DNA of 37,438 nt from the NCBI RefSeq assembly GCF_006345805.1, contig NW_021824657.1, positions 1 to 37,438 of the forward strand, read 5' to 3'. Of this stretch, positions 22,532 to 33,534 are shown one piece after another. This DNA is from Octopus sinensis (Eukaryota). Under the pieces are notes generated by a model. It did not search any database, had not been told where the DNA came from, and worked only from the letters and a program-made list of their open reading frames with translations. The translations under genes were made by a program, and so were the position numbers. Position 1 is the stretch's first letter. Each line of letters starts with the position of its first letter.

Positions 22532-24020
22532 TATACTCTTGGAAGATATAGAAGCAGGCAACCACATGTCTTTATGTTTTGGGCTGAATATAGTGATGTT
22601 CCTGCCAATTATTAAGCCCTGAACACAAACCCATGGGGCCATTTGCTTTTATGTCTTCCCAAAGTAAGCAAAAGCGTACCTGCTAAAATGTATTTGAAGG
22701 ATTTGAAAGGTTAAAAACAATAAAAGATTTACAAATATTTTTACCATATTTTTTATCAAGTCTGTAATGCAGAAGGCTACCACATTACAGACATTCCTAT
22801 TTTCAGAGACCTCACTTCTAATCCTGATTACGAGGAGATAATTTCTCCATTTCCAAAAATGATATTCTCATTTTGCACTGGGTCGATGTAATCGACTTAA
22901 TCCCTTGGTCTGTCCTTGTTTGTCCCCTCTATGTTTAGCCCCTTGTGGGCAGTAAAGAAATATATACTCTTGGAAGATATAGAAGCAGGCAATTATTAAG
23001 CCCTGAACACAAACCCATGGGGCCATTTGCTTTTATGTCTTCCCAAAGTAAGCAAAAGCGTACCTGCTAAAATGTATTCGAAGGATTTGAAAGGTTAAAA
23101 CAATAAAAGATTTACAAATATTTTTACCATATTTTTTATCAAGTCTGTAATGCAGAAGGCTACCACATTACAGACATTCCTATTTTCAGAGACCTCACTT
23201 CTAATCCTGATTACGAGGAGATAATTTCTCCATTTCCAAAAATGATATTCTCATTTTGCACTGGGTCGATGTAATCGACTTAATCCCTTGGTCTGTCCTT
23301 GTTTGTCCCCTCTATGTTTAGCCCCTTGTGGGCAGTAAAGAAATATATACTCTTGGAAGATATAGAAGCAGGCAATTATTAAGCCCTGAACACAAACCCA
23401 TGGGGCCATTTGCTTTTATGTCTTCCCAAAGTAAGCAAAAGCGTACCTGCTAAAATGTATTCGAAGGATTTGAAAGGTTAAAACAATAAAAGATTTACAA
23501 ATATTTTTACCATATTTTTTATCAAGTCTGTAATGCAGAAGGCTACCACATTACAGACATTCCTATTTTCAGAGACCTCACTTCTAATCCTGATTACGAG
23601 GAGATAATTTCTCCATTTCCAAAAATGATATTCTCATTTTGCACTGGGTCGATGTAATCGACTTAATCCCTTGGTCTGTCCTTGTTTGTCCCCTCTATGT
23701 TTAGCCCCTTGTGGGCAGTAAAGAAATATATACTCTTGGAAGATATAGAAGCAGGCAATTATTAAGCCCTGAACACAAACCCATGGGGCCATTTGCTTTT
23801 ATGTCTTTCCAAAGTAAGCAAAAGTGTACCTGCTAAAATGTATTCGAAGGGTTTGAAAGGTTAAAAACAATAAAGATTTACAAATACTTTTACCATTTTC
23901 TTATCAAGTCCGTAATGCAGAAGGCTACCACGTTACAGACATTCCTATTTTCAGAGACCTCAATTCTAATCCTGATCACGAAGAGATAATTCCTCCGTTT
24001 CCAAAAACGATATTCTCATT
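22440..24020. repeat. Four-unit tandem array (431, 383, 383, ~380 bp); each unit is a family D tail plus a hAT transposase fragment
   Basis: Anchor ctgggtcgatg at 22447, 22878, 23261 and 23644. Confidence 0.95.
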
Positions 24021-24299
24021 AGTCTTTTTAAGATTTCTTTGTTTCTTTGAAGCTTCTTCCTTGTCTCTGGTAATAACGAGTGATTCTTACTTATCTTTGC
24101 GTAGATTCTTTTCTGGTTTTTCCAAATTGCATCAAATAAACAAATGCATATAAACAGATGATGTCTCTCTCGCTGAATTGGAAGTAAGTTCTGATTGGCA
24201 TCTATTAGAAGTTTCGATGGTAGGAAGAAAAAAAAATATGCTTTTAATATTTCTCAAGTGAATTGTACTTTTTCAAAATAAAAATGTTAGGTATGCATT

Positions 24300-24662
24300 G
24301 AGATATGTATGTATGTATGCATGTATGTATGTATGTATGTATGTATGTGTGTGTGTATGTATGTATGTATGTATGTATGTATGCGTGTATGTATGTATGC
24401 ATGTATGTATGCATGTATGTATGTATGTATTTATGTATGCATGCATGCATGCATGTATGTATGTGTATACACTCATGTATACACACACATATACATATAT
24501 ATGATCATCATCATGTATATATATATATATATAGTGTGTGTGTGTCTGTCTATGTATGATTATATAGGTGTATGTGTATATATATGTATGTATATATATA
24601 TAGTGTGTGGTGTGTGTGTGTGTGTGTGTGTGGTGTGTGTGTGTGTTGTGTGTGTGTGTATG
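24300..24662. repeat. (TATG)n/(TG)n microsatellite field
   Basis: Direct inspection. Confidence 0.95.
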
Positions 24663-24781
24663 AATAGTTTGAAATGGTATACAAATTTTATATATTAAGG
24701 AAATAATCAGGTTTTTGAAAAAAATATTTATTAACGCTTGTATCTTGTTCATTTCTGAGACTCATCAGATATGATTTTAAA

Positions 24782-24974
24782 CATCATCATCATCATCATT
24801 ATCATCATCATTTAATGTCTGCTTTCCATGCTGGCATGGGTTGGACGGTTTGACTGCAGACTGGCAAGCCAGGAGGCTGCACCCAGCTCCAATCTGATTT
24901 GGCAAAGTTTCTACAGATGGTTGCCCTTCCTAATGCCAACCACTCCAAGAGTGTAGTGGGTACTTTTATGTGCC
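24782..24974 (-). mobile_element. Family E (RTE-tail) element with (ATG)n tail
   Basis: Reverse complement of 27615-27798. Confidence 0.85.
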
Positions 24975-25014
24975 TTTTGTGTAAATCTGGAAGAGAATGT
25001 TCTTTTGTTATCTA

Positions 25015-25182
25015 AGGCGCAGGAGTGGCTGTGTGGTAAGTAGCTTGTTTACCAACCACATGGTTCCGGGTTCAGTCCCACTGCGTGGCACCTTGGGCAG
25101 CTGTCTTCTACTATAGCCTCGGGCCGACGCCAAAGCCTTGTGAGTGGATTTGGTAGCTGGAAACTGAAAGAAGCCCGTCGTA

Positions 25183-25256
<74 letters not shown>

Positions 25257-25494
25257 GTATATATATATATGTATGTGTGTGTGTTTGTGTGTCTGTGGTT
25301 TGGCCCCCTAACATTGCTTGACAACTGATGCTGGTGTGTTTATGTCCCTGTTACTTAGCGGTTCGGCAAAAGAGACCGATGGAATAAGTACTGGGCTTAC
25401 AAAAGAATAAGTCCCGGGATCGTGTTGCTCAATTAAAGTCGGTGCTCCAGCATGGCCGCAGTCAAATGACTGAAACGAGTAAAAGAGTAAAGAG
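25015..25494 (+). mobile_element. Family A full composite SINE
   Basis: As 15898-16315. Confidence 0.9.
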
Positions 25495-25772
25495 TATATA
25501 TATGTGTGTGTATATAGATGTGTGTACGTACATCTGTGTGCATGTGTATGTGCATGCATGCATGTGTGTGCAAGAAGCATACACTTGTCACATCATCAAA
25601 TAAAGGCACCATGAAGTATGAGATAAACCCAAGATTGGACTCAATAAGGGATCCACACTTCTCTCCAGTGTTATATGACGCAGGGCACCAACCTCAGGAT
25701 AAGCTAATATCCAGAATACAAGCCAAGTGATAGAAATAATAATCTTTTCTAATCCAGGCACACGGCCTGATA

Positions 25773-25910
25773 TTTGGTGGGAGGTGGGGCAGTCAATTAG
25801 ATTGACCCCAGTATGCAACTGGTGCTTAAATTATTGTCCCTGAAAGGACGAAAGGCAAAGTCGACCCTGGCAGAATTTAAAATTCAGAACATAAAGACAG
25901 ACGAAATACC
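25773..25910 (-). mobile_element. Family D SINE fragment
   Basis: gaaaggcaaagtcgacc...cagaacataaagacagacgaaatacc is the reverse complement of the D body. Confidence 0.7.
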
Positions 25911-25951
25911 ATATGGTTTTAGTAGACAGAAACTGGAAGAAGCCTGTCATA

Positions 25952-26165
25952 TATGACCGCGTGTGTACCATTGGCGATTTTTTTCCCTCTGTCTTCCCTT
26001 CTTTGGATCTTTCCTTTTCCTATGTTTCTGACGAAGAGCTCCACTCGAAACGTTAAACTCTCCTTCTTTCCTTCTTTCCTGAGTGTCCAATAATACTATA
26101 TTTGTTCCACGTCCTCGCGTTGTTGTGTTTTCTCATTGTGTTTTCATGTTGGATTAACTATATAT
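25952..26165 (+). mobile_element. Short repeat ending in (TA)n that carries a hammerhead motif; putative Penelope-like non-autonomous element
   Basis: Same layout as 9365-9548 and 16697-16898: pyrimidine-rich leader, hammerhead-like motif, ttcctgag, U-rich trailer, (TA)n. Confidence 0.55.
26024..26058 (+). ncRNA. Minimal type I hammerhead ribozyme motif with intact core
   Basis: GUUU-CUGACGA-A-GAG-CUCCA-CUC-GAA-ACGU-U|AAAC: stem I GUUU/AAAC, canonical CUGANGA and GAA, extra A after A9, stem II GAG/CUC, palindromic ACGU stem III. Confidence 0.6.
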
Positions 26166-26171
26166 ATATAT

Positions 26172-27021
26172 AAGAATGAATGTTTTTATATATAATGAAC
26201 GTGAAATACAGGAAGGGACGAACACGGAACACAGACAAATCATTCGAAGCCTTCAATCTTCAGTCAGACACCGAATCATCATAGCAAATTTCGGCTGTTC
26301 AATTCTGATATTTGCTCCAACTCGGCCAGCCCCAAGAAAAAAACTAAGCTGTAAGCATTAGATTTCTTGGTAGAAGACAGGAATGTGAACGCACAAGACG
26401 GATGTAAATACAGAGACGAAAACGAAATTGAAAACAGTAATGAATAAACAAAATATATATAACGGTGGTTGTCATACGACTTTAGACCAAATGAGACAAA
26501 ACAACAACAACATAGCAGCTGGCGTAGAAATAATTACCGTTTCGGTAGCGGGGACACATGTTGGTCAAGATACGATGGCCAACAGAATGGTTAAGATCAG
26601 CAGGTCGCAGGAGAGAGAGAGAAAGAGAGACAGAGAGAGAGGGAATCAAAGAGGGTGGAAGGCAGGGGACAGAATCAGTGACCAAGAGAAAAGGAGAAAG
26701 AAGGGTAAGGAGGATGGGAGGAAGAGGGGAAGAATCGGAGGGCGCCAAAATAGTTTGGTGAAGAAGCAATGGCGGGTAGGAAAGACAGTGTGTATAGAAG
26801 TCGTGCAGGGTTTAAAATTGGACAAACAAACGGGGGGGTGCACGTAACGCCGCAATAATATAAGAATGAATGTTTTTATATATAATGAACGTGAAATACA
26901 GGAGGGACGAACACGGAACACAGACAAATCATTCGAAGCCTTCAATCTTCAGTCAGACACCGAATCATCATAGCAAATTTCGGCTGTTCAATTCTGATAT
27001 TGCTCCAACTCGGCCAGCCCC
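26172..27021. mobile_element. Element with ~161-bp direct repeats (26172-26333, 26862-27021) at 690-bp spacing
   Basis: The two repeats differ only by two 1-bp indels; both outer ends abut (TA)n. Confidence 0.75.
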
Positions 27022-27084
27022 ATATATATATGTATATATATGTATATATTATATATATATGTTGGTATATATATATATTATGTG

Positions 27085-27120
<36 letters not shown>

Positions 27121-27143
27121 TGTATATATAATATATATATATA

Positions 27144-27798
27144 TGTCGGTGGCACATAAAAACACCATCCGAAGACCCGGCAAGACTAGTCAGGCCATAA
27201 CCCATGGCCCCTACCTGGGACGTAGTCAGTCCACCTGTGCATACCTTCCTTCTTGTGACACTTGTGAAGACCTGTTGAGGCAAGTGAAAATCAAAACAAA
27301 TCAAAATAGATGAACATCAATGGAATTTGTATCTTTGTGGTACCAGTGCCGGTGGCACGTGGCACACAAGAAAACCATCCGAACATGGCCGTAGCCAGTA
27401 CCGCATCGACTGGCCTCCGTGCTGTGGGCACGTAACAAGCACCATCCTATCGTGGCCGTTTGCCAGCCTCATCTGGCACCTGTGTCGGTGGCACATAAAA
27501 ACACCATCCGAGCGTGGCCGTCTGCCAGCCTCGTCTGGCACCTGTGTCGGTGGCACATAAAAAACACCATTCGAGCGTGGCCGTTTGCCAGCCTCGTCTG
27601 GCACCTGTGTCGGTGGCACATAAAATCACCCACTACACTCTCGGAGTGGTTGGCGATAGGAAGGGCATCCAGCTGTAGAAACACTGCCAGATCTGACTGG
27701 ACTGGTGCAGCTTTCGGGCTCCCCAGACCCCAGTTAAACCGTCCAACCCATGCTAGCATGGAAAGCGGACGTTAAATGATGATGATGATGATGATGAT
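27144..27798 (+). mobile_element. RTE-LINE 3' UTR / family E element with internal ~62-bp repeats and (ATG)n tail
   Basis: cgtggccg anchors at 27451, 27513 and 27576; tail gtccaacccatgctagcatggaaagcggacgttaaatgatgatg. Confidence 0.8.
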
Positions 27799-27810
27799 AT
27801 ATATATGTTT

Positions 27811-27847
<37 letters not shown>

Positions 27848-29135
27848 CATATATATATATGTATATATATACACACATGCACCCATACACATATCATTTG
27901 TGTTTCCTCATTGTTAATGTTTCAAAGGTTTTTGAACTGTGGCACCATTCACCAATCTCTTAGTTTATTGTGGAGAAATAGCGAGAGAAGCATGAGTTCA
28001 ATCCTTACAATAGCTTTACCTTCACTGCCTCTGCATCTAGGCCCCAACTGTGTTAAGATGCTCAAACCAGAGCCCGTCCATTTGTCGATGAAGCTACTGT
28101 TGCAGTATCTCATTGTCCACTTTATGCCATCTCTACACATTGTAATACTGAATGGAGCAACTTTAAAATACTATTAGACAAAAAAAAATATTTTTTTATT
28201 TTAACGAGTTTAACAATTTTGATTCAATTATTTTGTTATTCTTTTTATCAGCTTCAAATTTCACATTTACGAAGCTAATATATGTCCATGATCTAAAATC
28301 GAGTAAAGATATGTCTGATATTGAAATTCAATAAAAATTTTTAAATAGTTTTTTAAAAAAATTAAATTTTTTTTTCTATTGATCTGACTTTCAAATTTTT
28401 TTTTTTCTCTTCAAAATATCCTAAATTTGATTTTCAATTTGAAATTTTTGTGATATTATTGTGATTCTATTAAATTTATTTCCCCTTATGAAAACATCTC
28501 AGGTTTTTATCAGTCAAAACGACACCCAAACACACACACACACACACTTTCCCCCTGTCTGTCTATCTATCTTCCTCTCTCTCTCTATCTCTATCTCTAT
28601 CTCTCTCTTGTTCTTACTCTCTCTGTCACTCTTTCTTCATCTCTCTCTCTCTCTTCCCGTCTTCAAAATATGGAAAACAAATATTGGAGCCGTAAGTTCT
28701 GTATCTGATAAAGAGTTTGATAGTAAGAACTTAGATCATTAAGTTTGCGTAAAAGGACAAATATAATTAAGGAAATAACGAAGCAAAGTACTAAGTTAAA
28801 AAAAAGTACATAAAAAAAAAGGAATTATTAACAATATTATTTTGACATTTATTTTATAAAGAGAAATCAAAAAGAAAAGGAGTAAAAACTGAGCAAAGAA
28901 AATTTGCCTTCTTTTTTTATATAATACTGTTGCTCTCCTTTTATTCAATACTGCACTCCTTTCATCTAATACTCGCTCTCTTTTTATTTAATACTTGTTC
29001 TTTCTCTCTTCTTTTTCTTCTTCTTGTCAAGCTGGGTAAAACTATAACATATCTTTGACAATGTGTAAATGAGTTCTTCTTAACATTTTCCTTCGTCTTC
29101 ATGAGTTTTTTTTTTTGGTTCCTGTAGCTACTCAC

Positions 29136-29164
29136 CTTCCATCCATTCTCTCCTTCCTTGCATC
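29136..29164 (-). other. Candidate 29-nt micro-exon
   Basis: Minus strand gttctttcaccatttttAG|GATGCAAGGAAGGAGAGAATGGATGGAAG|GTGAGT; no stop in any frame; lies in apparently non-repetitive DNA. Confidence 0.25.
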
Positions 29165-29467
29165 CTAAAAATGGTGAAAGAACATTCTTTTTATATTAAA
29201 CTATGTTAGGAAATAGACTTAGATTTTCTTTATGACGAATAAACAATTGCGATAGCTTCTTTATTATAAGCAAGCAGTCAGTGCAAAATAACCGAAGACA
29301 GCGATGACGCTGACGATGACGACGGTGATGACGACAATGACAGCTATGATCTTTAAATGGGTTTGAAATTAGTTTTGTGCACTAAAATCTTCGGACTAAA
29401 TAAAAGACACAGGCAGCCGAGTCAGGCTTTCTTCAGAAAACCGACAGTAAAAGTACTTTAAAAATAT

Positions 29468-29500
<33 letters not shown>

Positions 29501-29529
29501 AAACACACAAACACACGCACACACACACA

Positions 29530-29561
<32 letters not shown>

Positions 29562-29566
29562 AACAC

Positions 29567-29651
<85 letters not shown>

Positions 29652-29720
29652 CACGCACACACACACACACACACACACACCCACACACACACACACACAC
29701 ACACAACACACACACAATAC
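29468..29720. repeat. (CA)n tract punctuated by CAAA
   Basis: Direct inspection. Confidence 0.95.
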
Positions 29721-30342
29721 AAACATAAATAAAAGTAGTACAAAAACAAAAATATAAAGAGAAATAGTTGGAAAAAGAGCCAGAATTTTTCTTTTCCCCT
29801 ATTGTCTTTTTGAAGAATCGGTAAAAAAAAAAAAATTAGAAGAAAAAAAAACATGAATGAACAGAACTAGATTAAAAGTATCATTGTGATGAAGTGGTTA
29901 TTTTCTAAAGTTTTCTATAGACAATTTATAGAAATGCAAGAAGCACTTTGGAGAGTAGAATTTGAATATATTGTGGATTTCTTTTTCTGTCTTTTTTTTT
30001 TTTTTCACAAAACTGGAATACTTGAATCTTAAATCTCAAATTATAGCTATTGGAAAAAAGACAAAAAGAATAAGATCATAAGCAGAAATAAAAGTGAAGA
30101 AAAGAACGGTAAACATAATTTTCTGAAATAATAAAATGGTAATAATCAGGATATTCTTGATAATAATTATTGTTGTGTTTGTTTACATTTAGGTTGGAAT
30201 TTAAACGTATTGAGGAAGAGGAAATAAAGAGAGTTTTACGTGGCATCCTGAATATAAATGTAGCTGTGTATATTATAAGCTATTATGATATACACAGCTT
30301 ATAAAAGATATATTATAAGTTGGGTAAAAAAGCCCCTTGGAT

Positions 30343-32992
30343 GGGAAAGAGGGTGTGAGTCACTTGCAAGATTTGAACTTGGAATCTACTGTAGCCTGCC
30401 TTTTTTTTTATCCAAATGCTGGCATGGGTTGGATGGTTTTGACAGGAGCTGGCAAGGCCGGGAACCAAACTGAGTTCCATTCTCTGTTCTGGAATGGTTT
30501 TTTACGACCGGGAAAGAGGGTGTGAGTCACTTGCAAGATTTGAACTTGGAATCTACTGTAGCCTGCCTTTTTTTTATCCAAATGCTAGCATGGGTTGGAT
30601 GGCTTTGACAGGAGCTGGCAAGGCCCGGAACCAAACTGAGTTCCATTCTCTGTTCTGGAATGGTTTTTTTACGACCGGGAAAGAGGGTGTGAGTCACTTG
30701 CAAGATTTGAACTTGGAATCTACTGTAGCCTGCCTTTTTTTTATCCAAATGCTAGCATGGGTTGGATGGCTTTGACAGGAGCTGGCAAGGCCCGGAACCA
30801 AACTGAGTTCCATTCTCTGTTCTGGAATGGTTTTTTACGACCGGGAAAGAGGGTGTGAGTCACTTGCAAGATTTGAACTTGGAATCTACTGTAGCCTGCC
30901 TTTTTTTTATCCAAATGCTAGCATGGGTTGGATGGCTTTGACAGGAGCTGGCAAGGCCCGGAACCAAACTGAGTTCCATTCTCTGTTCTGGAATGGTTTT
31001 TTACGACCGGGAAAGAGGGTGTGAGTCACTTGCAAGATTTGAACTTGGAATCTACTGTAGCCTGCCTTTTTTTTATCAAATGCTAGCATGGGTTGGATGG
31101 CTTTGACAGGAGCTGGCAAGGCCCGGAACCAAACTGAGTTCCATTCTCTGTTCTGGAATGGTTTTTTACGACCGGGAAAGAGGGTGTGTGAGTCACTTGC
31201 AAGATTTGAACTTGGAATCTACTGTAGCCTGCCTTTTTTTATCCAAATGCTGGCATGGGTTGGATGGCTTTGACAGGAGCTGGCAAGGCCCGGAACCAAA
31301 CTGAGTTCCATTCTCTGTTCTGGAATGTTTTTTTTACGACCGGGAAGAGGTGTGAGTCACTTGCAAGATTTGAACTTGGAATCTACTGTAGCCTGCTTTT
31401 TTTATCCAAATGCTGGCATGGGTTGGATGGCTTTGACAGGAGCTGGCAAGGCCCGGAACCAAACTGAGTTCCATTCTCTGTTCTGGAATGGTTTTTTTAC
31501 GACGGGAAAGAGGGTGTGAGTCACTTGCAAGATTTGAACTTGGAATCTACTGTAGCCTGCCTTTTTTTTATCCAAATGCTAGCATGGTGGATGGCTTTGA
31601 CAGGAGCTGGCAAGGCCCGGAACCAAACTGAGTTCCATTCTCTGTTCTGGAATGGTTTTTTACGACCGGGAAAGAGGGTGTGTGAGTCACTTGCAAGATT
31701 TGAACTGGAATCTACTGTAGCCTGCCTTTTTTTATCCAAATGCTGGCATGGGTTGGATGGCTTTGACAGGAGCTGGCAAGGCCCGGAACCAAACTGAGTT
31801 CCATTCTCTGTTCTGGAATGGTTTTTTACGACCGGGAAAGAGGGTGTGAGTCACTTGCAAGATTTGAACTTGGAATCTACTGTAGCCTGCCTTTTTTTAT
31901 CCAAATGCTGGCATGGGTTGGATGGCTTTGACAGGAGCTGGCAAGGCCCGGAACCAAACTGAGTTCCATTCTCTGTTCTGGAATGGTTTTTTACGACCGG
32001 GAAAGAGGGTGTGAGTCACTTGCAAGATTTGAACTTGGAATCTACTGTAGCCTGCCTTTTTTTATCCAAATGCTGGCATGGGTTGGATGGCTTTGAAGGA
32101 GCTGGCAAGGCCCGGAACCAAACTGAGCCATTCTCTGTTCTGGAATGGTTTTTTTACGACCGGGAAAGAGGGTGTGAGTCACTTGCAAGATTTGAACTTG
32201 GAATCTACTGTAGCCTGCCTTTTTTTATCCAAATGCTGGCATGGGTTGGATGGCTTTGACAGGAGCTGGCAAGGCCCGGAACCAAACTGAGTTCCATTCT
32301 CTGTTCTGGAATGGTTTTTTACGACCGGGAAAGAGGGTGTGAGTTACTTGCAAGATTTGAACTTGGAATCTACTGTAGCCTGCCTTTTTTTATCCAAATG
32401 CTGGCATGGGTTGGATGGCTTTGACAGGAGCTGGCAAGGCCCGGAACCAACTGAGTTCCATTCTCTGTTCTGGAATGGTTTTTTTACGACCGGGGGAAAG
32501 AGGGTGTGAGTCACTTGCAAGATTTGAACTTGGAATCTACTGTAGCCTGCCTTTTTTTTATCCAAATGCTGGCATGGGTTGGATGGCTTTGACAGGAGCT
32601 GGCAAGGCCCGGAACCAAACTGAGTTCCATTCTCTGTTCTGGAATGGTTTTTTACGACCGGGAAAGAGGGTGTGAGTCACTTGCAAGATTTGAACTTGGA
32701 ATCTACTGTAGCCTGCCTTTTTTTTATCCAAATGCTAGCATGGGTTGGATGGCTTTGACAGGAGCTGGCAAGGCCCGGAACCAAACTGAGTTCCATTCTC
32801 TGTTCTGGAATGGTTTTTACGACCGGGAAAGAGGGTGTGAGTCACTTGCAAGATTTGAACTTGGAATCTACTGTAGCCTGCCTTTTTTTTTACCCAAATG
32901 CTAGCATGGGTTGGATGGCTTTGACAGGAGCTGGCAAGGCCCGGAACCAAACTGAGTTCCATTCTCTGTTCTGGAATGGTTTTTACGACCGG
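30343..32992. repeat. 16-unit tandem array, unit 162-168 bp; unit is unique flank plus an antisense family E fragment
   Basis: Unit starts at 30343, 30510, 30677, 30843, 31009, 31174, 31342, 31504, 31668, 31834, 31999, 32162, 32327, 32494, 32660 and 32825. Confidence 0.97.
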
Positions 32993-33120
32993 ATGCCCTT
33001 TTTAATGTCAGCCACATTACAGAGTGTACTTGGTGCTTTTTACATGGCACTATCACCATTACGTTTTATGTGGTACCAGCACCAATGCTTTTTACATGGC
33101 ACCAGCACTGCCAGAATGAG
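32993..33120 (-). mobile_element. Continuation of the family E element whose end is amplified in the array
   Basis: atgccctttttaatgtcagccac...agagtgtac aligns to ttgcccttcctaatgccaaccac...agagtgtag at ~24921-24956. Confidence 0.7.
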
Positions 33121-33155
33121 GTATATATATATATATGTATATATATATAATGTGT

Positions 33156-33492
33156 GAAGGTGCATGGCTCAGTGGTAAGAGCGTTGAGCTTACGATCATG
33201 AGGTTGTGAGTTCGACTCACGGACCGGGCCGTGTGTTGTGTTCTTGAGCAAGGCACTTTATTTCATGTTGCTCCAGTTCACTCAGCTGTAGAAATGAGTT
33301 GCGACGTCACTGGTGCCAAGCTGTATCGACCTTTGTCTTTCCCTTGGATAAACATCGGTGGCGTGGAGAGGGGGGGCCGGTATGCATGGGCGACTGCTGG
33401 TCTTCCATAAACAACCTCGCCCGGACTTGTGTCTGGGTGGGTAACTGTCTAGGTGCAATCCCATGGTCTGTGTCGTGACCGAAGGGGGTCTC
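33156..33492 (+). mobile_element. Family C tRNA-derived SINE, full length
   Basis: A-box tggctcagtgg and B-box gagttcgactc; homologous to 1421-1745. Confidence 0.9.
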
Positions 33493-33534
33493 CGAATATA
33501 TATAATATAGACAGATAGATAGATATGTGTACCA

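Larger units (their letters stand above)
20640..24230 (-). pseudogene. Decayed hAT-superfamily (ZMYM1-like, DUF4371 plus hAT dimerisation domain) transposase, interrupted by SINEs and partly amplified into a tandem array
   Basis: Collinear minus-strand motifs: QRNKEILKRLMRISFLETEELSLRDQD (~24070-23975; cf. NREILKRLI..V.FL..QELAFRGH), AGTSLYSAQN (~22605-22575; cf. GTS..IQN), NLEIIKLLDSK...AFSSL (~21180-21100), LINLILTIPISTSSAECTLVALKKVNTY (~20885-20800; cf. LILTIP.TTASAERSFSALKRIKTY), NSQKLTNFATLQIKK (cf. SQERLSNLALLSIEK). Many stops and frameshifts. Confidence 0.75.

Noticed and set aside
26228-26270. Hammerhead in the 161-bp direct repeats (minus strand CUGAAGA...CUUCGAAU)
   Set aside because: I could not build consistent stems I, II and III around the core-like words.
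26428-26847. 139-aa ORF
   Set aside because: Low-complexity GA-rich core of a repeat element; no domain recognised.
27776-28177. 133-aa ORF
   Set aside because: Starts in the (ATG)n tail and microsatellite; the remainder has no recognisable motif or splice context.
30343-32992. CRISPR-like array
   Set aside because: Units are wholly repeated with no unique spacers, the context is eukaryotic, and there are no cas genes. The many ORFs here are re-readings of the same unit.
12522-33230. Functional tRNA genes at the heads of families A-D
   Set aside because: A/B boxes are present, but the cloverleafs are incomplete and each continues into a SINE body.
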